Below are positions 1 to 7,784 of a stretch of 43,360 nt of DNA, in pieces. Every line of letters begins with the position of its first letter. Positions within the stretch are counted from its first letter, which is position 1. Under the pieces are notes generated by a model. That model was not told where the DNA came from, ran no database searches, and saw only the letters and a list, made by a program, of their open reading frames with translations. The translations under genes were made by a program, and so were the position numbers. The DNA comes from a virus (lineage: Duplodnaviria > Caudoviricetes): positions 1 through 43,360 of IMG/VR virus record IMGVR_UViG_3300024254_000005; one strand, given 5' to 3'.

Positions 1-113
1 GCGGCCTACGATGCCTTTCCCCGGCCAGCAGGCGCCTTCCGCGGGGTTGACGCCTGCCCAGGCCCCCGGCGGCGGTCCCCCCAGCAGCTCCCCGCCGCCG
101 GGCGGCCTTCGCG
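1..113. repeat. 113-bp direct terminal repeat, left copy (probable circular assembly overlap)
   Basis: Identical to 43248-43360; a reading frame runs uninterrupted through it. Confidence 0.95.
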
Positions 114-1621
114 GACGGGAGCAGCTCGATCCTTCGATGCAAGGGCGCGGCCAAATGCCGCAGCCTTCCTCGCTCGATTGGCGCACGATTGTTCAAGCGG
201 TCCAAAAAACAGGGGCGCCACCAGATGTGCAAATGGCTGCGGTGAATCGCCTCGTGAATTTTATGACCCCCGTAGCCAGAATGGAGTGGCTGCAGGCGCA
301 CAACCAGTTCTTGGAGAATCAGCTTCGCGAACGTCAGTACGAGGCGAATATTCGCTATGGCCGTCCGCAGCCGACGAAACAAGTCGGCTTGCAGCAGGAA
401 CAGCCGCCAGGAGGGCAGCCGCCAAGAACGCAGCAAGCGAGCATGCAGGGCGGTCCTGACTTGTCGGGGGGTGAGCGCGTCATAAAGGCAGGGCTTACGG
501 AGAGCGGAGGCGAAGCGCCGCCTGATTGGGCGAAAGAGCAGCCACCTGAAGTGTCAAATTCACCAGTTGTTACCGGTAAACTTCCTGATGAACACGCTTT
601 TTCTTCAGCCGAGAAAGGGTATAAGCTGACCGAAAATGATATGGATCATGCTCTTGGCATTTATCATTATATGGAACCTCCTCTTTTAGAAGGAAGGGTT
701 AAAGAAAACATACGTCAAATTTCTATTATGAATGTTGTTCGAAAATTAGGTAGGGAATATGGAGAACCGTATGACGTAGCTAGTTACGCTGCGCATCAAA
801 GAGGGACTGTAAACTTTACTACAGGACCACAAGCCAACACAATTCGTTCTATTGGCGTTGCACAACGCCACCTAGACACACTTGGAGAGCTAGCTCGCAA
901 CTTGGAAAAAGCCAAAGGGGGCGAGAGCAACGCACAATTTTTGGCGAAGCTCAACAATGTTATACGCACGCAATTTCAAGGTGCGCCAGAAGCCAATAAT
1001 ATCGACGCGGCTAAACAAATCATTGCTGCCGAAGTTGTCAAAGCTGTCAATGCTAGCGGTGGTGGCGTCAAGGAGCGTTTGGAAGCTTCAACGCATATCG
1101 ATCCATCTTTGAACGTTCGTCAGATGCAAGGCGTTATCGACACCTATAGTAAGCTTCTCAGTGGTCAGATCAAAGGATTTGAAGGGCAGTGGCGTCGAGT
1201 TCCGGGAAATAAGGACAGAGATTTTTATTCTGCGTTTCCTGATATTCCTAATCCTAAAAAAGGGGCAGGAGAAAAGTCGGATGATAAGTCTGGTGCCGGC
1301 GCAGCTCCTAAAGGTGGTGTTACTCCTGGCGGTATCAAGTGGGAGATGGAGCCGATGCCGATCGCATCGCGCGCTTTTGGAAGTTCTTCAGAACGAACAA
1401 ATGAACCTGAATGGCAGCCTGCGAAGGGGCGTAAAATTCTTGCGGATCAACTGCCATCAAAAAATATAGAGGATCGACGAAGACAACCGCAGTATTATCG
1501 TTCTGTAAAGGAGTTGAGCAGGTTGATGGAAGAAACTGACGATCCTGAAGTTCTGGATCAGTTGGAGGAGGAGCTTCAAGGAGCTATGAAAAAAGCTGAA
1601 ACTAAGCGGAAGAAAAAGTAA
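2..1621 (+). CDS. 3' part of junction-spanning putative ejection/internal virion protein (about 709 aa, starts at 42739)
   Basis: ATG at 11 corresponds to 43258, in frame with ATG 42739; lies in the GNAT-to-lysis block where podovirus ejection proteins sit. Confidence 0.7.
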   Translation, partial: RPTMPFPGQQAPSAGLTPAQAPGGGPPSSSPPPGGLRGREQLDPSMQGRGQMPQPSSLDWRTIVQAVQKTGAPPDVQMAAVNRLVNFMTPVARMEWLQAHNQFLENQLRERQYEANIRYGRPQPTKQVGLQQEQPPGGQPPRTQQASMQGGPDLSGGERVIKAGLTESGGEAPPDWAKEQPPEVSNSPVVTGKLPDEHAFSSAEKGYKLTENDMDHALGIYHYMEPPLLEGRVKENIRQISIMNVVRKLGREYGEPYDVASYAAHQRGTVNFTTGPQANTIRSIGVAQRHLDTLGELARNLEKAKGGESNAQFLAKLNNVIRTQFQGAPEANNIDAAKQIIAAEVVKAVNASGGGVKERLEASTHIDPSLNVRQMQGVIDTYSKLLSGQIKGFEGQWRRVPGNKDRDFYSAFPDIPNPKKGAGEKSDDKSGAGAAPKGGVTPGGIKWEMEPMPIASRAFGSSSERTNEPEWQPAKGRKILADQLPSKNIEDRRRQPQYYRSVKELSRLMEETDDPEVLDQLEEELQGAMKKAETKRKKK

Positions 1622-3351
1622 TGCCGACGTTGAATATAAACGGGCAGCGAATCAAGGTGGACGACAGCTTCATGAGCTTGTCTCCCGATCAGCAGAGCGC
1701 TGAAGTTGACCATATTGCCAAGTCTCTGCCCAGTGCTGGGAAGCCTTCTGCGCAGCAGGGGGGCTTTTGGAACTCGGCTGCGGATTTTTTCAAGTCCATT
1801 CCGACCGGTGCTGTAAAGGGGTTGGCCGGGACCATAGCAGCGTCGGGGCAAGCGGAAGCTGGGTTGCAAGGAATGGAGGGTGTTCCCGGTCCTGAAAAGA
1901 GCGCGCAAATCATGGGCGCTGGAAGCATGCACCAACCGCAAGGACAGGCCGGGCGTTTCGGGGAAGCAATCGGCGGGGCGCTTGGCAATCCTACAAGCTA
2001 CATGGGCGTAGGGGGTATGATCCCCAAGGCACTAGGCGCGATCGGGGCAGGGGCCGGTGGGCAGGCTGCTGCCGAGATGTTTCCCAAGAGTTCGATCGCG
2101 CCTATTATTGGCGGGGCTCTAGGCGGTGCTGTGGGCGGGGGGCTGCCTCGCGCAACGTCGCGTGCGGTCACACCCAACCCCATCACGGACCCGACGAGGC
2201 AAGCCGCCCTAAAGGCGTTGGAGAATATCGGCGCTAAACCTTCAGCCGGCGATGTCACGGGGTCGAGGGGGTTGCGGCAGGCTGAACGACTTGGCGATTA
2301 CATCGGCGGCGGTGGGAGCTACGAGCGCGTCAAGACGCAGCCCGAGCGCGCCGTTACGGCTGCTGCCCTCAAAGAGATGGGGGAGACGGGAGAGCAAGTC
2401 AGTGACAATCTTTTCAAGCAGAGTGGTGATCGGCTCGGCAGAGACTTTCAGAAAGCTGAGAAAGACATAAAAGTCAGGTTTGATGATAAGCTCGGTGATG
2501 GGCTTATAAAAATTCAACAAGACATTCTCAACAAGTACGGTGCAGATGTTACCAAGCGCGTCATGGGTCTTGTTGATGAACTAATGCCACAGCGCAGTCC
2601 CGGCAAGATGTGGTTTGTTCCGAAGGGGAGTAAGACAGGCATTTCTGAAATGAAGGGAACGAGCTACGCATCGTTCACAAAAAAGGGTTCCTCGCTCGAT
2701 CGTGCCATCCACGATCCCAACTCTGACGTGGGGCACTTCGCGCTGCAAATACGCGAGCTTCTTGACGATGCCATGATTCGATCGGCGCGAGGCAAGAACC
2801 AAAAGGCAGCAGTGGACTTGCTGAAGCAGGCGCGGCAGCAGTGGTACAACCGTCGTATGGTCATGCTGTCACAGGCGGATGCCAAGGAAGCCAAGCGGAT
2901 GGGGCTGGTTGATCCGCAGAAGCTCGTGCAGAACATGCAGTACGGCGGACCCGACAAGAGGATGCAGTTCATTGCGAAACGAACCAGTCTCCAGAAGACG
3001 GCCGATGCGGCAAAGAAAATCCTGACCCCGTACAAAGAGACTGGACTGGCAGGAGAGCATGGCGTTGGAGGGCACGGCCCGGCGCGTACGTTGGGGCACG
3101 CTTCTGTTGCGGGGTTGGGTGCGCTTGCAGGTTCACCGGGAGGACCGCTGGGAACAGCAGCAGGGATGGCCGCGGGGGCGCTTGCGCCGGGAGCCGTAGG
3201 ACGAGTCATTAACAGTCCTCCTGTGCAGCGGTACTTGAAAAATCAATTTTGGATCAGGCGCCCTGATACAGGCAGCTTGAAACAGCGTGCGCTAGTCGGG
3301 GGCGCCGTAGGGGGCCAGTCGGCTAAGAAAAAGCAATTATACGAGGAATGA
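1621..3351 (+). CDS. Putative DNA ejection/transfer protein
   Basis: 576 aa with Gly/Ala-rich hydrophobic segments near both ends; TAATG coupling; position before lysis genes. Confidence 0.65.
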   Translation: MPTLNINGQRIKVDDSFMSLSPDQQSAEVDHIAKSLPSAGKPSAQQGGFWNSAADFFKSIPTGAVKGLAGTIAASGQAEAGLQGMEGVPGPEKSAQIMGAGSMHQPQGQAGRFGEAIGGALGNPTSYMGVGGMIPKALGAIGAGAGGQAAAEMFPKSSIAPIIGGALGGAVGGGLPRATSRAVTPNPITDPTRQAALKALENIGAKPSAGDVTGSRGLRQAERLGDYIGGGGSYERVKTQPERAVTAAALKEMGETGEQVSDNLFKQSGDRLGRDFQKAEKDIKVRFDDKLGDGLIKIQQDILNKYGADVTKRVMGLVDELMPQRSPGKMWFVPKGSKTGISEMKGTSYASFTKKGSSLDRAIHDPNSDVGHFALQIRELLDDAMIRSARGKNQKAAVDLLKQARQQWYNRRMVMLSQADAKEAKRMGLVDPQKLVQNMQYGGPDKRMQFIAKRTSLQKTADAAKKILTPYKETGLAGEHGVGGHGPARTLGHASVAGLGALAGSPGGPLGTAAGMAAGALAPGAVGRVINSPPVQRYLKNQFWIRRPDTGSLKQRALVGGAVGGQSAKKKQLYEE

Positions 3352-3378
3352 TGGTAATCTCAGCGGAGACAAACCGAA

Positions 3379-3699
3379 ATGAACCAAAACACATGGGTTT
3401 CGTGGATCACTACAGGAGTTGGCCTGATCGGCTCTGCTGCGGCCACGAACGGGCTGATAAATTCGAGCACGGCGACCACGATCGCCGGCGTCGCAGCGAC
3501 TCTCGTCCCGCTTCTTTGGGGACTGTTCATCCACAGCGACAGTAAGGTCGTGCAGACGGCAGGCGCCATTCCCGGCGTCAAGCCGGTCGAGATCATGCCA
3601 TCCGCGGCGCCCGATCTCCAGCGACTTGCTGCCGATCCGACTATTCCATCGGTCGTCGTGGCTGCGCCGACCTATGTCCCACCCAGCATGAGGAAATAA
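3379..3699 (+). CDS. Putative holin (Pam3-gp28-like), two hydrophobic helices
   Basis: GGAG RBS; two TM-like segments then a short soluble tail; heads the lysis cassette. Confidence 0.55.
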   Translation: MNQNTWVSWITTGVGLIGSAAATNGLINSSTATTIAGVAATLVPLLWGLFIHSDSKVVQTAGAIPGVKPVEIMPSAAPDLQRLAADPTIPSVVVAAPTYVPPSMRK

Positions 3700-3700
3700 C

Positions 3701-3976
3701 ATGAACTTCCAAGTAGTTTGGTCAGCCATCCAGCCGCTTCTCGCGCAGCTCTTGCAAAGCCCGGCGTTCCAAGCACTGATCCAGAAAATCCTCGCCGACA
3801 TCATGGCGAAGATCGCGGCTGGCGTGCATCCTGATACTGCGGTTCAGCAGGCCACGGGTCAGATCGGAGCAGCAGCGCTGCTGCACTTGACGGGCAATCC
3901 AGTGGCGGATTTCACCGCTCTGGTCTCTAACCTCAAGCCGCAGGCTGAGCCCGCATCGGGGAAAACGTTCCCGTGA
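3701..3976 (+). CDS. Hypothetical amphipathic protein in lysis cassette
   Basis: GAGG RBS; coupled to endolysin by GTGA overlap. Confidence 0.6.
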   Translation: MNFQVVWSAIQPLLAQLLQSPAFQALIQKILADIMAKIAAGVHPDTAVQQATGQIGAAALLHLTGNPVADFTALVSNLKPQAEPASGKTFP

Positions 3977-5202
3977 ACATTGAGACTATGACGGTGCCTC
4001 TGATCGCCTACTTGGCGACGATCTTTGTCATGGGGCTGGTGCAATGGTATCTGATCTATGCCCGTGACCGCGCGCAGATTCCACCCGTCCCTGTGGGGCC
4101 TCCTGGCACTCCCCCCGTTAAGCCTGGGCCTGTTGATGTTCCTCCCGTCAAGCCCCCAGTCATTATCCCCCCCGTTACCCCGCCCCCGCCCGCCGGAAGC
4201 GACTTTGACCGATGTGTTGCCCTTGTCCTCAAATACGAAGGCGGCAACGACGACGACCCCCAGGACCCCGGAGGGCGAACTTCTCGGGGAATCCTTCAGC
4301 GTGAATGGGATATGTGGAGAAATTCCCATCCCGGTCTCCCGCCCGACGTTTGGGAAGCCCCCCAAGAACAAGTCATCGCGATCTATAAGGATCAATACTG
4401 GAACGCGCTCTGGTGTGACAGCCTCCCGCCAGGCGTCGACCTCGCGGTCTTCGACTTCGGCGTCAACTCAGGGGTCAGCCGCTCAGCGAAATTCCTGCAA
4501 GTGCTCGTTGGTACGGACCAAGATGGCGAAGTCGGCCCGGACACGATAGCGGCGACAGCGAAGGTCGATCCGGTCAGTCTCGTCGGTCAGTTCTGCGACC
4601 GCCGTCTTGCATTCCTGCAAGGTCTTCCGACATGGGGCAGGTTCGGCAAGGGTTGGACGAGTCGCGTTGTGGATGTCCGCAAGGAAGCTCTTGCGCTGGC
4701 TTCCCAGGCGCCGCAGCCAAAGCCTTCCGTGGTTGCCCCGGCGGATGGGGTTCCCCCATGGCTCGCCGCCATGCGGGCAGTGACCGGCACGCACGAGGGG
4801 CATGATAACCCGGTCATCCTGGGGTTCGCTGCCTTCATCGCCAAGAAGTACCCTGAGATGGCGAGCTACTGCGCCCGTTACACGCACGACTCGATCGCGT
4901 GGTGCGGCCTGACGGTTGCCTACTGCATGGCGAGCGCCGGCATACGTCCGCAATTCGGCTCGACCGACACCGATAAATTTCTGTGGGCCGACTCGTGGCG
5001 GCAGTTCGGCGTCGCTGTGAGCGAGCCCAAGCCGGGCGATATCATCTGCGTCCAGTGGTCATCCGGCGGGCACCATGTCACGCTTTATGAGAGCACGAGC
5101 GGGGCAAACTATATGTGCCGCGGCGGGAATCAGTCTGACGCCATTAATGTGATGGCAGTTCCCACGTCTGCCGTGTCTGCGATACGGAGGCCAGCACCGT
5201 GA
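3973..5202 (+). CDS. Endolysin: N-terminal TM helix, Pro-rich linker, GH108 muramidase with PG-binding region, C-terminal TIGR02594/NlpC-P60-like cysteine peptidase
   Basis: YEGG..DDPQDPGGRTSRGI, FDFGVNSG and FGKGWTSRV (GH108); PPWL, AWCG, GHHV and GGNQSD (TIGR02594-like). Confidence 0.88.
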   Translation: MNIETMTVPLIAYLATIFVMGLVQWYLIYARDRAQIPPVPVGPPGTPPVKPGPVDVPPVKPPVIIPPVTPPPPAGSDFDRCVALVLKYEGGNDDDPQDPGGRTSRGILQREWDMWRNSHPGLPPDVWEAPQEQVIAIYKDQYWNALWCDSLPPGVDLAVFDFGVNSGVSRSAKFLQVLVGTDQDGEVGPDTIAATAKVDPVSLVGQFCDRRLAFLQGLPTWGRFGKGWTSRVVDVRKEALALASQAPQPKPSVVAPADGVPPWLAAMRAVTGTHEGHDNPVILGFAAFIAKKYPEMASYCARYTHDSIAWCGLTVAYCMASAGIRPQFGSTDTDKFLWADSWRQFGVAVSEPKPGDIICVQWSSGGHHVTLYESTSGANYMCRGGNQSDAINVMAVPTSAVSAIRRPAP

Positions 5203-5354
5203 AACGAATCGCGTCTTACATTTTCGCTTCGATTCAGTCGGGCTGGACGAACTGGGCTCCCGGAGGAGCCGCGTTCGCGTGGGGACCAAACATTCTCCTG
5301 TTCGTGCTGCTGTTCCTGCTCGGATGGCATGACTTTGGGTTCGTGATCCATTAA
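5199..5354 (+). CDS. 51-aa membrane protein (not in ORF track)
   Basis: GGAGG RBS, GTG start overlapping the endolysin stop, TAATG overlap downstream; contains NILLFVLLFLLGW. Confidence 0.65.
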   Translation: MKRIASYIFASIQSGWTNWAPGGAAFAWGPNILLFVLLFLLGWHDFGFVIH

Positions 5355-5566
5355 TGTCCATCACCGAAATAGCTAGCATCACTACCGCTGCCGCAGCGGT
5401 CGGCGCCTGTGTTCTTAGTTGGGTCAACAAGGGTAAAATCCAGGAGGTTCACCTGTCGATCAACAGCCGCATGGATGAACTGCTGAGGGAGGCCAAAGCA
5501 GCCGCGCACGCGGCAGGAGCAGCACAACAGAGTGCTACTGACCACGAAACGCCGAGAGAAAAATAA
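5354..5566 (+). CDS. Small membrane protein with helical C-terminus (lysis-associated?)
   Basis: N-terminal hydrophobic stretch; translational coupling. Confidence 0.6.
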   Translation: MSITEIASITTAAAAVGACVLSWVNKGKIQEVHLSINSRMDELLREAKAAAHAAGAAQQSATDHETPREK

Positions 5567-5591
5567 GAGCGACCAATACAAGAGCCAGAAA

Positions 5592-5819
5592 GTGACAAAA
5601 AATGAAGACGAATTGAAAGCGATTATTGATAGGGTCAATCGAGAGGCTATGCTCGATAATTTGCGGTCGGATGAAGTAAAAGAGATCAGAAGGATGTTGA
5701 AGACTTACGATTTTATGCGTCGTTTGTCCAAAGGGATAGGGGCGTTTATTGTTGGCGGCGGAGGTATTATAGGACTCATGCAGGTTTTCGATAAACTACT
5801 GGAATGGATCAGAAAATGA
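5592..5819 (+). CDS. Small protein with C-terminal TM helix (holin/antiholin-like)
   Basis: GIGAFIVGGGGIIGLMQVF hydrophobic segment; start uncertain. Confidence 0.5.
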   Translation: MTKNEDELKAIIDRVNREAMLDNLRSDEVKEIRRMLKTYDFMRRLSKGIGAFIVGGGGIIGLMQVFDKLLEWIRK

Positions 5820-6259
5820 AGGACCACAAAACTATCTGGGCGTGTTTCATTATTGGGATCATAGCTTTCGCATACCCAGCGTGGCAAATTTCCCAACGAG
5901 GGCCGGTCGTCGAGACGACCAATTTCCATATGACGCCTTCCACGGTAAAGCCAGGGCAGGTCATAGAAGCCGTATGGACCGACAAGACTTTGCGTACGGG
6001 ATGCGAAGGAACCGTATACCGTCGTTTTGTCGGGACGCAAAAAGGTGAGAGAGCAGTCTGGGTCTTTGCACCCATCCCTACCGTACACCACGGAAAAATA
6101 GGGGAGGTTGAAACTTTCCACAGCCTATGGCGTGCGCCAAGAGCTGACCCCGGAACCGAAGTCATGCTCCAAAAATTTCCAAAGCGAAGCTGCGGTTTTT
6201 GGCAATCATTCTTTCCTATGCACGACGGACCGCAGGAAGCACGGTTTACGGTGGAATGA
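5816..6259 (+). CDS. Membrane-anchored hypothetical protein
   Basis: ATGA overlap; N-terminal TM, then a beta-rich domain with two Cys. Confidence 0.6.
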   Translation: MKDHKTIWACFIIGIIAFAYPAWQISQRGPVVETTNFHMTPSTVKPGQVIEAVWTDKTLRTGCEGTVYRRFVGTQKGERAVWVFAPIPTVHHGKIGEVETFHSLWRAPRADPGTEVMLQKFPKRSCGFWQSFFPMHDGPQEARFTVE

Positions 6260-7569
6260 TGCGCCTGCTCATTGTTGATCCCGCGGGCAACGGCCTCGAC
6301 TTCGCCATGCGAGCGCAGCGGGAGGGGCATGACGTACGCCTGATGATCCGACAGACAGAGAAGACGAAGCACATCGGCCGCGGTCTAGTCAACGTCGTGG
6401 ACGACTACCGGCCCTGGATTCGCTGGGCCGATCTCGTCTTCATGACTGACAATACGCGATACACATACGATCTCGACATGCGCTGGCGACCTGAGGGGGT
6501 CAAGATTGTCGGGGCTTCGATAAGTACGGCGACTTGGGAGATCGACCGTAACGTCGGTATGAACATCTTTAAGAAAGCATACATTCCTATCCCACCTTAC
6601 AAAGAATTTCGTGGTTACGAGGAAGCCGTCTCCTACGTCAAGAAACGGGACGCCCCCCTTGTATCCAAGCCAAGCGGGGAGGTTGAAGACAAATCTCTCT
6701 CGTACTGCGCTAAATCCGCTGAGGATATGCTGTACATGCTTCAGCGATGGAAGAAACTCGGAAAGATCAAATTTCCGTTCATACTTCAGGAATTTATCCC
6801 CGGAATTGAGATGGCCGTAGGAGGGTGGTTCGGCCCGCACGGATTCAATGCGGGTTGGTGTGAAAACTTCGAATTCAAAAAACTGATGAACGATGATAAA
6901 GGGGTCGCTACAGGGGAGCAAGGTACGGTACTCCGGTACGTGCGAAATTCTAAGCTCGCATCGAAAGTTCTCAATCCCCTCATCCCTCAACTTAGCAAAG
7001 AGCGTTACGTCGGGTATGTCGATGTCAACTGTATCATTGATGACCATGGTATTCCTTGGCCCCTGGAGTTTACGATGCGGCCGGGATGGCCGACGTTCAA
7101 CATTCAACAGCCCTTGCATGAGGGTGACCCCGTGGAGTGGCTGCTACAGCTCCACGACGGTCGTGACGCCGGTTCCTTCGCGTGTGATAAGGTATGCCAA
7201 GGCGTAGTTGTCAGCATGCCAGATTACCCGTATTCGCACGTGACCCGGAAAGAGGTCGTCGGAGTTCCCATCTACGGGCCAATCGAGCCGGACTACACGC
7301 ATCTTTGCGAGTGCAAGCTTGGGGTGGCGGCGCATAAAGTCAAGGAAAGCATCGCCGAAATTCCAAGCGTGGTAACAGCTGGGGATTATGTTCTCGTCAT
7401 GACGGCGACCGGCGAAACGGTCAAGGCTGCGAGCGACCTTTGCTACAAGCGCTTGAAAGCGATCCATCTCCCTAACTCTCCTATGTACCGGACGGATATA
7501 GGGCGGCGGCTGAAAAAGCAGTTGCCGCTTCTGCATACGCATGGGTACGCTAAAGGGCTGGAGTTTTAA
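6256..7569 (+). CDS. PurD (GAR synthetase)-like ATP-grasp ligase, substrate unknown
   Basis: VSKPSG, ILQEFIPGIE, ATGEQG, YVGYVDVNCI and LEFTMRPGWP parallel PurD motifs; C-terminal YRTDIG. Confidence 0.8.
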   Translation: MMRLLIVDPAGNGLDFAMRAQREGHDVRLMIRQTEKTKHIGRGLVNVVDDYRPWIRWADLVFMTDNTRYTYDLDMRWRPEGVKIVGASISTATWEIDRNVGMNIFKKAYIPIPPYKEFRGYEEAVSYVKKRDAPLVSKPSGEVEDKSLSYCAKSAEDMLYMLQRWKKLGKIKFPFILQEFIPGIEMAVGGWFGPHGFNAGWCENFEFKKLMNDDKGVATGEQGTVLRYVRNSKLASKVLNPLIPQLSKERYVGYVDVNCIIDDHGIPWPLEFTMRPGWPTFNIQQPLHEGDPVEWLLQLHDGRDAGSFACDKVCQGVVVSMPDYPYSHVTRKEVVGVPIYGPIEPDYTHLCECKLGVAAHKVKESIAEIPSVVTAGDYVLVMTATGETVKAASDLCYKRLKAIHLPNSPMYRTDIGRRLKKQLPLLHTHGYAKGLEF

Positions 7570-7784
7570 CTTTGTACGTTCTTTCTATGGTATACGTCTA
7601 AAACGTCTGCTACTCTATCTCTAATTTGTTCATCTATTTCCTTAAGAAAACTTTCTTGGTCCGTTTTGTCATATAAATACGTAGTTCCTTCCATGGCATC
7701 GAAATAATCGAGAAGACGCCATATTGCTAGTTGCCACATACTCCAATCTCTACCCCCAAACAGCGCTGGTCTAAGATCACTCAT
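7566..7784 (-). CDS. Hypothetical protein (72 aa, AT-rich)
   Basis: ATGA overlap with primase stop; GGAGG upstream. Confidence 0.6.
   Translation of the reverse strand: MSDLRPALFGGRDWSMWQLAIWRLLDYFDAMEGTTYLYDKTDQESFLKEIDEQIRDRVADVLDVYHRKNVQS

Noticed and set aside
1-113. Terminal repeat as a biological T7-like direct terminal repeat
   Set aside because: It falls mid-gene, so an assembler overlap on a circular or permuted genome is more likely.
6256-7569. Assigning the gene symbol purD
   Set aside because: PurD substrate-binding signatures are changed; only the fold is supported.
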